A DNA stretch of 62,428 nucleotides, the filler included, from Diploschistes diacapsis (taxonomy: Eukaryota), in the NCBI GenBank assembly GCA_023645945.1. It is 18 parts of 18 records of this genome, joined end to end, with 100 filler letters (N's around TTAATTAATTAA, not from the genome) between each part and the next. Parts side by side here need not be neighbours in the genome. Positions count along the whole stretch, not along the records: positions 8,960 to 33,492 come from JALAIB010000235.1; 17 more parts are not named here. One strand, 5' to 3'. Position numbers and translations under genes: made by a program. Under the pieces are notes generated by a model. That model worked only from the letters and a program-made list of their open reading frames with translations. It searched no databases and was not told where the DNA came from. Shown in pieces: positions 12,014-25,223 of the stretch; within the stretch, counting starts at the first letter, position 1, and every line of letters begins with the position of its first letter.

Positions 12014-14146
12014 TCAGCCGTCGAACTTGATCTTCTTCGCTTTCTGACCCTCGACGGGCTCCTTGTAGAAAGCGCCGTAGGCGGCATGCTCCTTCTTCTT
12101 GACCGTTGTGCCGAACTTGACCAGTTCCTCCGGGACCTTCTGGCCGGCCGCCTTGAGCACGTTGATCAGCGCGCCCGAGTTGGCCTTGTCGTGCTGGGTG
12201 AACAGCGTGACGGCGACGCCGTGCGCGCCGGCCCGGCCCGTGCGCCCAATCCGATGCACGTAGTCCTCCACCGTCAGCGGGAAGGTGACGTTTATCACTG
12301 CCTTGACCGCGGGGATGTCCAGGCCCCGCGCTGCCACGTCCGTGGCGACCAGGATGGTCGTCGTGCCGCGCTTGAAACCCTCCAGGGCGGCCGTGCGGCG
12401 CTCCTGCGAGAGGTCCCCGTGGATGCCGGCCACGCTGAGGTTTCTGCTGCGCAGAGAGGCTTCGACGCGCACGGCTTCTTTTTTGTAGAGAGCGAAGACG
12501 AGGATGCGGTCTTTGGCGTTCTTGCCCGACTGGAACTCGCGTATTAGCTGGAAGAGCCTGGTCTCCTTGGAGCGCGGGTTGGCATCGAGGACTTCGACGC
12601 GCTGCTCGATGCGTGCGTTGGCGCGCAGTTCGCCGGTGGGGTTGTCCCCAATGGCGATCTTAACGGGCGAGCGCATGAAGCTCTCCGCCAAGGTGCGCAC
12701 CGAGGGTGGCCAGGTAGCAGTGAACATAAGTGTTTGGCGCTGGCTACCAGGTGCGCAGGCGGAGATGATCTTGCGGATGTCCTCTTCGAACCCTTTATCT
12801 AACATGCGGTCCGCTTCGTCGAGGACGAGATAATCAACGCTCGAGAGGGTGGCGGCGCCTTCAGAAATGAGATCATTGAGGCGACCAGGGGTTGCAACGA
12901 TGATCTGCGAGCTTTTGAGGGCTAGACGTTGCGGGTCCTTTGGAACGCCGCCATAAACGCAGACTGGGTTCAGGTCGGAGTTCTTGGTGAGGACGGTGAG
13001 CTGGTCGTAGATTTGAACGGCAAGCTCGCGTGTCGGCGAAACTATGACGGCTCGAGCTGGGCTGCTGTTTTTGCTGCGCTTCCAATCCATCGTAGAGAGA
13101 CGCCTTACGCAGGGAACACCGAAGGCTAGGGTCTTACCTGAACCTGTTTCCGCGACACCTATTACATCTTGGCCAGAAAAAAGATATGGCCAGGCAGCGG
13201 ATTGAATAGGAGTTGGGCTCTTGAATTTTGTAAAGGGTGTAGGATCTCGGCGGACATCCTCTGGAAGGTATTGGAACTCGAATATGGGCCTTAGAGACGT
13301 TATTTGGGGAGAGGTAGATACAGTGACGAAATTGGAAGAGAGGTAGGTGTCAATCTGGGTTTGAGACACTGCTGCAAGTTCCGGACTAGCCACATATGCT
13401 GCAGTTGATAGAAGTCCGTTTGTAGGAGAGGCGTGCAAGGTACTGGCATCAGCCTGCGTATGTACAGCCTTGTCCACATCGCCACTCGTTTTTGCACCAT
13501 TTTTTTTTGATTTCTTCATTGACTTTAGTTCCTTCCTTTTGGCCTTACCAGACTTTTCTTCACCACCCGCGGGTTCCACTGATGGTAGCAACGTCCCGTC
13601 CTTCTCCACGACCTCAACCTGATTGAGCGCAGTGTTCTCTGATGAGGATTCCGCATGCAGTGGTTCATTTACCTCCTGTACAAGCCTTCCTTTCGTCTGG
13701 TTTCTTTTATGCTCCTTGAGTCTTCTCTTCTCAGCTTTTCGCAGGGCCTTACTTTCCGGATCATCTTCTTCCTGTACTGATCGGAATCCTTGTGGACCTT
13801 GAGTATAATGATCGGTTGTTGGGGGTTTGTCCACAGCTTCAATGCCTTCATCTTTCTCAATTCTTGGTTTCATTCCTTTCGTCTTCTTCTGATCATGCGA
13901 TGCGACGACCCGGGCCCCATTCATGAGAGCAGCTCGTGCTGATGGCACATTCTGCTCGCACTCAGGTTCCTCATCGACATGATCGCGCTCCTTCTTACGC
14001 CGTTTAGCACTTTTGTCTTTGTCCTTGTCATCCCTCTTGGATGGCAGTGCCCGCGACTCCAAAGATTTGCGCTTTTTGCTTCGCAGTTCTTGTGTGCCAT
14101 CAGCTGGAGCTACTTCAGAAGTGGCTGTGAGGAGGGTTTCAGCCAT
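12014..14146 (-). CDS. DBP3: DEAD-box RNA helicase Dbp3 (rRNA processing), 710 aa, intronless
   Basis: [51 protein letters not shown]; Dbp3-type tail [19 protein letters not shown]...KKIKFD. Confidence 0.95.
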   Translation of the reverse strand: MAETLLTATSEVAPADGTQELRSKKRKSLESRALPSKRDDKDKDKSAKRRKKERDHVDEEPECEQNVPSARAALMNGARVVASHDQKKTKGMKPRIEKDEGIEAVDKPPTTDHYTQGPQGFRSVQEEDDPESKALRKAEKRRLKEHKRNQTKGRLVQEVNEPLHAESSSENTALNQVEVVEKDGTLLPSVEPAGGEEKSGKAKRKELKSMKKSKKNGAKTSGDVDKAVHTQADASTLHASPTNGLLSTAAYVASPELAAVSQTQIDTYLSSNFVTVSTSPQITSLRPIFEFQYLPEDVRRDPTPFTKFKSPTPIQSAAWPYLFSGQDVIGVAETGSGKTLAFGVPCVRRLSTMDWKRSKNSSPARAVIVSPTRELAVQIYDQLTVLTKNSDLNPVCVYGGVPKDPQRLALKSSQIIVATPGRLNDLISEGAATLSSVDYLVLDEADRMLDKGFEEDIRKIISACAPGSQRQTLMFTATWPPSVRTLAESFMRSPVKIAIGDNPTGELRANARIEQRVEVLDANPRSKETRLFQLIREFQSGKNAKDRILVFALYKKEAVRVEASLRSRNLSVAGIHGDLSQERRTAALEGFKRGTTTILVATDVAARGLDIPAVKAVINVTFPLTVEDYVHRIGRTGRAGAHGVAVTLFTQHDKANSGALINVLKAAGQKVPEELVKFGTTVKKKEHAAYGAFYKEPVEGQKAKKIKFDG

Positions 14147-14309
14147 ATTGCTGCCATAAATTGCTGCTTCAGGGAATATAACACTGGCAGAGGTTGCTTT
14201 TCAAACCGGCGCACCGACTTATGGGTGGAAGGTCAAGTCGCTAACTGCATCTGGCTAGTCTATTGCATTAACCGCAGAGATCACTCACTCCTTCTGTTAC
14301 GATCCTAGA

Positions 14310-15479
14310 TTACGGGATGGTACATATGATCTTACCCTTTGCCTGGTTACTTTCCATAAGCTTGTGCGCTGCCGTGATTTCCTTCCAGTTAAAGACCTTC
14401 TCGATTGGAATCTGGTAGCTGCCGTCCCTAAACTTCGGCATCGCATGCTCTTCGAGCATATCCCTGAGCTTTCCTTGATATGAAAGATCTCTACTCCTCA
14501 AACTACTGCCTTCATACCTCAACCTCTTCCATAAAAAATTGCCTATGTTGACACCAGCTGGAAGTTTTACGCCACCTAATGCTCCAAGGTTCACGATACG
14601 TCCATCTCGAGCCGCGGCGTTCAAGTTCCCCTGGAAGTAAGTCGCCCCAACAAAGTCGATGATTATGTCCACTCCTTTACCATCGGTGGCCTTGAGTACC
14701 TCCTGGGACCAATCTTGTGTTTTATAGTTGAAGCCCTCCGTGGCCCCCAGGCTCTTGCAGTAGTCAATCTTCTCTTGAGAGCTAGCAGTCACGTATATGC
14801 TGGAAGCTTTTTCCGCTTTGGAAAGCTGTATGCCGGCAATCGAAACACTCGATGCGCCTGCATGCCATAGGATTGACTTTCCTTCCGTGAACTCTCCGAC
14901 CAAATACATTGCCTGACTGGCTGTAATCCAGGTCTTGCAATAGTTAATCAATGCCCTACACGTAGAAATCAATCAAATACCTCTGGTATTCCAGCTGCCT
15001 GCTCCCAGGATAATTCTTTCGGCTTGTGCATTAACATCTTCTGCGAAACAGCGATATACTCTGCGTATGCCCCTAAAACGGAACGTGAGCCAACGTATGC
15101 ACGCTAGGGCACAAGATCATTCGATCCAGCGTACCGCCATAAGCAAGACCAAAGACTTCGTCGCCAACGTTGAAGGTGGAAGAGCTTGGAGCATTGATCT
15201 GCTCTATTGTCCCAGAAAACTCCACCCCAAGTATCTTGCCCGCTTGAGGAGGCACTGGATATTGGCCCTCCCGCTGCAGAAGGTCCATTCGGTTCAGACC
15301 GAATGCCTTCACCTTGGCGATCACATCCCCATCCTTGGCTTCTGGAAAAGGGACTTCGTTGATGAAAAGCGCATCCGCGTCACCTTTACCACCCTTGATA
15401 TCTGAATGGGGATCATCAGCTCGGTCACCGTCAACACATCGCTTCGAGCCTTACCGACAGCTCGCATTATTTCTGCCAT
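14310..15479 (-). CDS. NADPH:quinone oxidoreductase, PIG3/zeta-crystallin (MDR) family, 4 exons (15455-15479, 15135-15401, 14981-15072, 14310-14933)
   Basis: VKAFGLNRMDLLQREGQYP, ILGVEFSG, GGAYAEY, AAGIPETWITA, HAGASSV, AHKLMESNQAKGKII. Confidence 0.94.
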
Positions 15480-17042
15480 TGCCTTTGAGAAGCAAGTATA
15501 AAGTGAGTAGAGTTAATATGATGATTGATATCCCTCCTGGCTCGCGGTGCTACCTAGTGCTTATAACAATACAATGTTTTCAGGATTCGAGTAATTTCGC
15601 ATTACAAATTCGATGCTGTTACGTTCGCATATTGTACGCTGATGACGAATGTCATGATCATCCCCTCCTCCCACACAGCGTCTCGAGAATAAGGCTTCGG
15701 ATCAACACACGTTTATATTATGTACTGGTTCCGAGTCGACGATTCTGTGTTTTGACACCGACTGCCTTGAACTGTTGCCCTCGATTATCGTTGTTTTATA
15801 CCTTCCCTCGTTTTACTCTATAGGTATTTTATACGCTGTCAGATGTTTCATGGCTGTCACGGGCACCCCCCTCAATATGCCTACTCTTTCTCAGTTGATT
15901 CTGGTTGGCCATCAACCAATAATCATGTTCAAGCTCTCAATGTGGACGAAAAATTGTTCAAGCAGCAATTCTGCTGGATACCCTCCAGCCTGAAAGATAT
16001 CAATTCTTCCAGAGTTCTGGCATACTTCCTTATACATGTTTGCGGGACTACATTGTGTACAATGTACAACAACCTCCTGCGCCTTGTCAGCTGGACTGAG
16101 ATGTCAATCCGTGCGGTATTGTTTTCACGGCAATTGTCAGCGCTCCCCCTAAAGCCAGGGTCTCCAGTGAACCAAACCACTCTTGGCTTCTCACACTTAA
16201 TCAACTGCAACATTCCGAAGGTCGCTAAAAAAAACAAAAGGAAATAGCTTAAGAAGACATGCGAAAATAAGCTCTTCCCCTCATTTCGATATTCTGGATA
16301 TCTGAAGATTTCGTGACTCACGTATCAGAAGCACATGACAATGAATCCATGAACTATTCGCTTCTCATTTCACATGCTGACCTGGATTACCATACAAGGA
16401 ACGAAACCGAACATATGCTTATTGAAGCAGGCAAGTACGCGAAACTATTAGGTGCGCAATGTCGAACTTCCATGCTTCGGTCTGATTCATAAGTTGATAG
16501 AAGGGAAAGGCCTACAGAACTCTTCAACTTTATTCGAAACAAATGAGACGCTGCCCTTAGAAACCGCTCCAGGCAACAGGTCATGATATTCGGTGGCACG
16601 ATGACATGAGCGGTCCTGAATTAGAACGTAGAAAGTTGGCCCCAGTGGCCAATATGTTCCAGGCCATAGGCTAGACTTCGAGGGAACGGTGGATGCATAC
16701 CGCGACAGATTAGAAGATTGGCCAGAATATTGGAGTGAAGCCACTGAGTCCCGAGAGATCTGGAAGTTCGTGAAAAGAGTCCCTGTCGGCAAGGGGGTAG
16801 GGCGTTCTCCATGTGGCGACCATGTTCCACCGGCCGCGCCTGGTCAATATTCAAAAGCAGGAAGAGGAACTTCAATGACGGATCCGAGCTGGATCTTGCT
16901 CCGAGAATCCACGCTTGAAGCCGCTACGAACTGGACATTCGGACAGCATAGGTGTCTAGGCAGCCGCGTTACCGGCCAGAAAGTGACATTATCTACGAAC
17001 AATTGGGAGGACATTGCCGTTTGTTTTCCCGTGTGAGTTAGT

Positions 17043-17072
17043 TGCAAGGCAAGGCAAGGCAAGGCAAGGCAA
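17043..17072. repeat. (GCAAG)n pentanucleotide microsatellite, ~6 units
   Basis: tgcaaggcaaggcaaggcaaggcaaggcaa seen directly. Confidence 0.9.
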
Positions 17073-17876
17073 TGTTTACTATGTTAGCTCAGTAGCATCC
17101 CCAAAAGCTGCCTACCAAAATATAGGCGATGTAACTTGTACAGCTAAGGACCTCCAGAAACTCTTATGATTGTAGCTGTACTGTATTTCTTCCCCTCACA
17201 CCCTCAAGAGCACTCTATGATACTACCATTGGTTTCTGAAAGGGGTTGGGTCGATCGCTCTACACTCTAATCATGTCTCATGATACCATGACAGAGATAA
17301 CAGGAAAGGTTTTCACAGTAAAGACTCGATCACCAGAACGATGACAGAGCGTCTACGTTATTTCCTGAGGATCGGCGTACAATATCATTACCTGAGAACA
17401 CGCTGAGATGCTAGAATTGCCGCAAGAAAAACGATGTAGTGCCCCCTAGGCCCCTTTTCAGCATGCTTCTTTTATTAGCCACTCAACTCTGTGGATATTC
17501 TCTGTTAGGGCCCCGGAAGAATTCCAGCATACTGACATAATCTCTCACAGCTTACTTCAAGAAAAGATCTTCGTAGCATGACCGCGCAGGTTCATGGACA
17601 GGTCATATCACAGGTTGACGCAGATGACTTGCCTCCACCGAGAATGAAGACTTAATAACAGTAGCACAACTCTCTGAGCGTAAATTGATCAAGAGGAGCT
17701 CTGCTAGTGAGCGAACTGTGGTATAGCCATTGTTGCTAATGCGAAGACCTTACAAAGCGAGCGATACAGACCACCTTGGATCGCTAACGATAAACGCCTG
17801 CCCTGATGCTGCACCATGGTTGGTATCCGCTTCTTGCTATGATCTGCAAACAACACGATTATCGCTGTAGGAAAAC

Positions 17877-19880
17877 TCAATCATATAGTTTGATCAAGTT
17901 TATCAACTTTGCCGCTTCTACTTCGTAATTGAGACGGGATACGTTTAAAACTTGGTAACGGACCCTAGTAAAAGCATTAACTCGTCATTTAGCAGCATTT
18001 GGGAGAGCAAACTGACTTTGGCTGGTCTTGGTAAGTCTCCATTTTGGCTCGACATCGGAAATTGAGAGTTTGGCCCGTCGCTTCTTGGTAGACCTCCTTA
18101 TCGGTTCCGTTATCCTTGAGCTCCATTAGTTGTTCTGCACTCATGCCCATGATGATCCTTCCAGTTTCATCAAAGCAACTTAGATACACTTGACCTGTGT
18201 GATCGGCGACGTTGATTGACATGATATATCTGTACTCCGGCTTCGCGTGGGTTTTGTTGCATTTCTCGCAGCGCCACCCGTCTTCGGTTTCAATGACTTT
18301 CTTGTTGCAATCCGGCGAGAGGCACGCAGCATAAGCTGGGTTGTCGTGCCTGATGTAGTTTATGGTTGCTTTGACCGTGAAATACTCCGGTGTCTCCCCC
18401 ATTCCCAAGTTCTCGTCCTTTACTGCCTGAATAGTTTTGGTTGAATCTTGTCTACCAGTGCCGTCGCCCATACCTGTGCCAGCGACGGCATGTGTAGTGA
18501 ATTGGTCATTGCGTCCTTGGGCGTCATACCAACCTTTGAGTACGTGTGCTTCGTTTACATCTGGATTGACATTGATCGTGCCGGAGCTTAGCAAGCTCAA
18601 ACTTCGCACGCCAAAATCCGAAACCTTTACTCCCTTGAACGCTATCACCGACTCTAGGGGTGTCTCAAATGACGAAGCTGCCGTGCCCCAGATCGTGAGT
18701 CGTACAGAAAAATTCGTGTTGTCCACCAGGGTAAGTTCCCGTTTCGAGTAAGGCTTTTGTGTTGTCTTCGCAATAATCTCCGAAACCTCTCCCACTTCTC
18801 GTAGGATACCAATCGTATCGATTACGGCATCCTTCTCGATACTTTGAAGATTGCCAATACTTGTGAAGTTAAAGCGCACCTGTGGGACGTCAGATTGACT
18901 CTCAGCTTTCTCCACTCGAGTGTTGTTTTCAAAGGTCAGCTCATAATCGTTGTTGAGGTTTGAAAACTGCTTCTTGGCTAACTGTACCCTACACGGGCTA
19001 GAAATGTAATAGACATTACCTTCCTGGAACGTGTCGAAGAACATATCGCATTGATCGTTGAAGCCGGTAGCTTTGATCTCTCCACTCTCATCGAGCAGGT
19101 TGACACTGAAGAGCTTGCCTTCACCATTCTTGTTATGCCAGGTCTTGACGTCCGACTTGCTCGTTACTCGAGCTTTGATTGTCCATTTGTTCCCATATGG
19201 TGATAAAGACTCAATAGGGTGGACGTGTGCCATAGAGGCATCCATAGGTCTGCTTGTACGGGCAGGAAGCCCCTGTGAATGTGACTCTTGCTTAGGCTCC
19301 TTTGTGCCGTAGAACCCATTGGTCGACATCGATGTTGGCTTTGCTACTTCGTCTAGCTTAGGTTCTAATGCGATCGGCTTTCCAAGTCTTTCAGGCTGGC
19401 CAAGCTCCTCAAGAACCTCTAAATCTAGGATTATTAAGATTCTGGATAAGTCAGCACAGCCACCTCCGACAGATAGTTAACTAACTGCTTGCCCTTGACA
19501 ACATTGGCGTTGAATTGCTTCAACCTGACTATGGAGTTGACTTGAAGTTTTCCTTCGTAGACGACATGATTTGCCTCTAGAGCCATGTTATTAACATTGC
19601 CGAGGGACCTCTAGGCAGCTTGACATACGAGTGGCAAGCATCGTTTGAACGAAGTTGAGCATGTCACTAAAGACCACACGGTACCTCTCCATTCCTCCTT
19701 GGCCACCTCCTAGCGGTTTAATCTGGACGCACTGCAGTATGGGCTCGGCAACGCTCATGTACTTGCCATCAGATTCCAGGACGGATCTAGGGGAGTGAGT
19801 TGCAGTGCTCGCAGAGCTTTGTAGAGACAAACGCACCTGAGAAACCCCTGGCTGATGTGCGAAGTAGGATCTGTAGCCAT
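17877..19880 (-). CDS. RFA1: Replication protein A 70-kDa subunit, 5 exons (19837-19880, 19629-19786, 19486-19576, 18017-19441, 17877-17964)
   Basis: PIESLSPYGNKWTIKARVTSKS, GEGKLFSVNLLDESGEIKAT, KGVKVSDF, LKGWYD, C4 zinc motif ACLSPDCNKK...CEKC; N-terminal OB fold rebuilt through canonical introns. Confidence 0.97.
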
Positions 19881-19975
19881 CTCGAGCAGTGAAATATATC
19901 ACGAAAGAAATAGGTTAAGCAGAATTCTGCTCTTGTATGAAGGTTGGAATAGCGTAGTAGCAAAAAACAAAGTCG

Positions 19976-19988
19976 ACGCGCGGCGCGT
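19976..19988. promoter_or_regulatory. MCB-like (MBF) CGCG cluster in the divergent RFA1/hydrolase promoter
   Basis: ACGCGCGGCGCGT contains ACGCG on both strands ~100 bp upstream of the RFA1 ATG; yeast RFA1 is an MBF target. Confidence 0.5.
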
Positions 19989-20182
19989 ATACTTCGTACC
20001 CCAGTTTTAGCGCAAGTTAAGATAGCGGAGTCGGCTCGGGGAGATGGGAGTGGGCCATCTTCGGCTTTCTTCGGCCCGAGGGTGATATCTATCCATTCCG
20101 TCCTCGTTACCCCTAGCAGCAGAAACCTGGAAGCTTCTTTCGAACCTTTACTGACCATATATTTGACATATTGTCCATAAAC

Positions 20183-21791
20183 ATGGCCGAGGAAGAGAAA
20201 AACGCACCTGGCAGTGATGCTGCTTCAAAAGCTACTTCAGAAAGTGTCTTTCCAAATGACACACCTACTCAGGCGGGCGCCAGCATGGGAGTAAGCACTG
20301 CAATCCACAACCTCGCTGGAAGTCCGTTCTTATTAGGGATAGCAGCATTGCGTAACCGACAGGGAGACCCGTATGATCGATCTAATTGACGTTGGTTTCA
20401 TCACTGGCTCATTAATGTAACAGCTTCGGGCAAAACTCCTACGGGCGTGCGTTGACAACACGATTTCCTCCGGTGATTTAGCTGAGCAACCTTCGTAGGA
20501 GATATCTAAGATTGCAGACATCGACGTGAGTACCTTCAAGACTTCTCAGGATTTTGCTTGATGCTGTTCTGACAACGGATCTGGCTTAGGTTTACATATC
20601 CAAACCTAGCGACTATCCACATTCCCCTTCAAAGTTGCTGCTTCTATTGGTATCCTTCCCCTGAACTCAACTCGATCTAGCGTTTTTTGACTTACTCGAG
20701 CAGAGTAGCGGAACCGGGGTGCATTCGATCAATAACCAGCTTCAGGCAGATCGCTATGCTAATGAAGGATTTCTCGTCGTTATGCCCGATCAGTATTAAC
20801 ACCCTTAATAATCATTCGGTGCTTTGTTCACGAGACTTTAGGTTTGGTGGTGATCCTGCGCCAAATACGCACTCCACCACTCAAGAAGAAAATCCTACAG
20901 TCATCGAACAAATCAAGTTAAGAGCTGCTGATACAGTACAGTCATTTATCATTGACATGGTAAGATATCTGAATGAGAACTAGTACTAGTAGTGCTAATC
21001 AAATTCGTATAGTGGCTCGCACGACATACACCTGAGAAGGTAAGGTCTTGGTCGACGCTCTGCTTTATGGTCTATTCGTGATGCGTTTCGTCCTTCCAAT
21101 CCTAGTATCTAACCTGGAGGTTTCTAGGTCATGCCGATTCTACAGAAATTGATTGCTGGCGCTAGAGAAGAGTTCGCCGACGCTGTAGCCAATGGAGGAG
21201 GGATATATGCCGTTGGCTACTGTTTTGGCGCGAAATATGTCCTACTTCTTGGAGCAGAGCTTCCAGATACAGAAGCCCACGGCCAGAGCTCGGGTGAAGC
21301 TGAGGAAGGCGTCGTCAAGAAAGCACCGGCAATTAAAGTTGGCGCCATCGCGCACGGTACTCGTCTACGAGCAAATAAGAGAAAATCGGCACTAACCTCA
21401 TAGATAGGGACCATGATCGCTGAAGCAGACTTTGCGCAGATCAAAGTGCCATTGTCGATGGTTTGCGTAGGTATGAAGCAGCTATCATTCCATAGTAACC
21501 CATTACCGGTAAAGGCTGTGTACTGATTGCTGAGAAGAGAACGATCCGTTATTTCCTCACGAAGTTCGTGAGGCAGGCAAAAAGCATCTGGAGGAGAACC
21601 ACATCGAGTACGAGTTACAAACTTACTCCGGGGTTCCTCACGGTTCGTTGCCTTGTTCTGTTCTGTTATGAGTAGCATGATAATTGGAAATTATAGGCTT
21701 TGCAGTGGTAGGTGAATACGAGGACACAAAGATCAAGGAAAGTCAGGAGGCTGCCTTTGGCCAGATGCTGGCATGGCTTCAGGCCCGTTAA
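20183..21791 (+). CDS. Dienelactone hydrolase family alpha/beta hydrolase, 12 exons
   Basis: Spliced product has VYISKP, NNQLQADRYANEGFLVVMPD, WLARH, nucleophile GYCFG, ENDP (Asp), YSGVPHGFAV (His); 11 GT-AG introns in consistent phase. Confidence 0.92.
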
Positions 21792-22139
21792 TGATGTAAA
21801 GAACATCATGGAGGGCTCTATCACCTTGACATATGGAGTGTTTCACTTTTGTAGAATTTAGCGAGGTAGCGTCTTTCCAATTGACTACGAAGCTGTAATG
21901 ATTATATTGAGATTTCGGGTGCAAGACTCTATTTAAACCAGTCTGGTAGGTTCTCGGCGCAGTGATACTACCTTGCCAACGGCTATCTACAAAATCGTAG
22001 CAAGAATGAAAATAACTCTGCAGGTATGATGACGTCTGCTGTTTACTTCCAATAGACTTAAGCGATGTCTGCAAAATTCAGCTTCAAGTTAGCAGCCTTG
22101 ACTCGGCTATTCCTATACAAATAGTCAGCTTCAGCCAGC

Positions 22140-24677
22140 ATGGCGTGCATACATACGGAGCTAACCGAGCTCCAAGCTCCGACTCCATCTCAGAGTGTAT
22201 ACAGGGAAGATTGTACTCAGTGCTTTGGCTCTGTAGTATGTAGGTCCATGGTATTGATTACCGTTTCTGACCCTACTGTTAGGACGATTCTTTAGGCCTC
22301 GACGTGTGTCTGATTTGCTTCAACGGCGGTTGCCAATCTCATGCCCCGTTGCACTATGAGTCCACCAGGCATCCGCTAGTGGTGAACATCAAACGCAGGC
22401 GCAAGGCCGTAAAGGTATGTCCATACTAGTTGGGTCACGTCCACCTGACGGCTAAGGCTCTTTAGCGAGAGGAGCCTCCTCAGAAGATCTCCAAACTCGC
22501 AATAGCTGCTGAGACCGAAGCGGATCGTTATGACACTAAGACTGAAGTCAAGTGTTTCGAATGCGGAGTCGAGAATGTTGATGCCACGCAAGGGAAGCTG
22601 CCAGCTGTGGTAGATGGTGTCATGAAAGCTTCCACATTTGCAATACGGGCTGAAGTCAAAGCGTGGGAACAGGAGTTTACACCATGTGAGCATACCTTGT
22701 GCCTCGAGCAACAAGCTGCCCGCCAAATTGAGTCTCAAGGTAAGTGGCGAAGACTGTGCTGAAGTTGATCAATCCTTGACTGCTGCAGACTTGGGGCACT
22801 GTTCTATGTGTAGCCTCAAAGAGAATCTCTGGCTCTGTTTGACATGCGGCAATTTAGGCTGTGGCCGTTCGCAATTTGGCGGCAGTGGAGGGAACAGTCA
22901 CGGCCTTGCACATGTTGACGCTACCTCTCATCCAGTCGCAGTGAAGCTCGGCTCTATTACTCCGGAAGGGACAGCAGATATCTATTGCTATCAATGCAAT
23001 GAGGAGCGTGTCGACACAGAACTTGCGGCTCACCTAGCGCATTGGGGTATCAACTTGGCAGAACGAGAGAAGACAGAAAAGAGCTTGACTGAGTTGCAGA
23101 TCGAGCAGAACCTAAAGTGGGACTTCTCGATGGCCACAGAAGATGGCAAGGAACTCAAACCCCTTTTCGGCCAAGGCTTCACGGGCTTGAAGAACCTGGG
23201 AAACAGTTGCTACATGGCCAGTACTTTACAATGCTTATTCGCTTTACCAGCATTTCAGGAAAGATACTTTCTTCCTCAAAAACCGCCTCCATCTACTTCC
23301 CACCCTGCCGATGACCTTGAAACCCAATTACGAAAGCTCGCTGATGGACTCCTTTCCGGCGCGTATTCCAAGCCAAATACCGATGTGCAAGCCTCGGACT
23401 ACTCACCAGAGATACCACATCAGAATGGTCTGGCTCCAGCAATGCTGAAGCATCTGATAGGTAAGGGCCACGAAGAATTCTCAACGATGAGGCAGCAGGA
23501 CGCGTTTGAACTGCTGTTACATCTACTAAAACTCATCACGCGCTCACGGCACTCTTCCCCTCTCAAAGACCCAGTGCATTCTTTCAGATTCGTCATGGAG
23601 CAAAGACTTCAATGTAAAGCATGCAATAAGGTTCGCTACCGGGAGGACGAACAGGACAATATATCTGTACCAGTGCCGGCGCGTCGGCTCCCTCGAAGAG
23701 ACACGGAGAGAAATAACGACGATAAGCCTAACGACACGTTCGAACCTATTACGTTCGGAGAGTGTCTAGACATATTTACGAGCCCAGAGCAAGTTGAGCT
23801 AACTTGTCCTTCATGTGAGAGTAAAGATGGATTTACCAAGCAATCTCTATTCAAAACTTTCCCAGCTACGTTGGCAGTTAACGCAAGGAGATTCGAACTC
23901 GTAAACTGGGTTCCGACCAAACTCGATATTCCAGTCGTCGTCGGGGACGAAGTATTTAGCCTCGACAAATACTTGTCGCAAGGCTATCAACCACACGAAG
24001 AGCTTCTTCCAGAGATCGAGGAGTCAGCGAAAAGCTCGCGCTTCGTCCCGAACGACACTGCACTTACTCAACTAGAAGGCATGGGCTTCCCTCGCATACG
24101 CTGCGAGAAGGCACTTCGTGCTACTGGCAACTCAGATGCTGAAGCCGCGATGAATTGGCTTTTCGAACATATGGAAGACCCCGACATCGATAATCCGGGA
24201 GATCTTGGTGGAGACAGCGTCCCTACAGGTGAATTGGCTTCTGCTATTGGTGGAGTCAGCCAAGAGAGCATTGAGGCTTTAGGAGCCATGGGCATCCTTG
24301 CTCCTCAAGCACGTAAGGCGCTCAAAGAAACTGGTGGTGATGTGAATCGTGCGCTAGACTGGGTCTTTAGCCACCCCGACGACCCAGGTGATTTCGGTAA
24401 AGAGGAAGTAGCACCTGCTCAAGCTGAAGACACTTCGGAGGAGAAAGCTCCGGCTGGTTCTGCGGAGCTACCGGCCAACTTCCAGCTTTCCTCCATTGTT
24501 TGCCACAAGGGTGCTTCGATACATGCCGGACACTACGTTGCGTTCGTGAGAAAAGTGATTCCAGAGGAAGGTCCACAGAAGCAGTGGGTACTGTTCAATG
24601 ACGAGAAGGTAGTCAAGGCTGCTGATGTAGATGAGATGAAAAGGTTCGCTTACGTTTACTTTTTTGAGAGGGTTTAG
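22140..24677 (+). CDS. UBP14: Ubiquitin-specific protease 14 / isopeptidase T (USP5), 4 exons (22140-22235, 22283-22414, 22466-22739, 22789-24677)
   Basis: [10 protein letters not shown], Zn[19 protein letters not shown], Cys box [16 protein letters not shown], two UBA domains, His box [17 protein letters not shown]. Confidence 0.97.
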
Positions 24678-25223
24678 TTATGTCGCAATGAAAGAGAGCG
24701 AGATGACGAAGTAAAAGGGGACTACGTATTGCACGGTTGGCTGTTATTTGCTTTAATGGACGCTTGCGTTAGAAGGTAGATAGAAATGGGATCGAGCATG
24801 TGGTATATGAATGTTTTTTTTAAAGACGCTCAGCGACTTGAAAATGCATTCGACTCAGCTATTTTAGATAATAAACTAAATCCGCAAGTAGGCGCTATTG
24901 CTGTGACACGGAAACAACAGTTTTCAGCATGTTAGAAGTTTCACACCGCCCTCAGAACGGTCCTATCGTGAGGTGCACTTAATAACATGTAATGGTGCAT
25001 TATATTGGGCTCTGCAAGCATGATTGAGCCCTTTCGAATCTCGAGACTCCCATGATCCCTATGTTTGCATGTACGAGAAACGAGTCTGTTCTGCCGTTTC
25101 TCCAGTTTGCTATTCGCTTCAACAGTGTTGAATGTACGTCACCTTCACGATCCATATGTGATCTAATAGAGACTTGCCACTACGATCCGCTCCAGCCACG
25201 ATCTCTTCTCTCAAACGCATCAT

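Noticed and set aside
17989..19329. ORF-track boundaries for RFA1, UBP14 (22638), MGE1 and TRP2 suggesting truncated or frameshifted genes
   Set aside because: Explained by canonical introns; the spliced frames are intact, apart from TRP2 being cut by its contig end.
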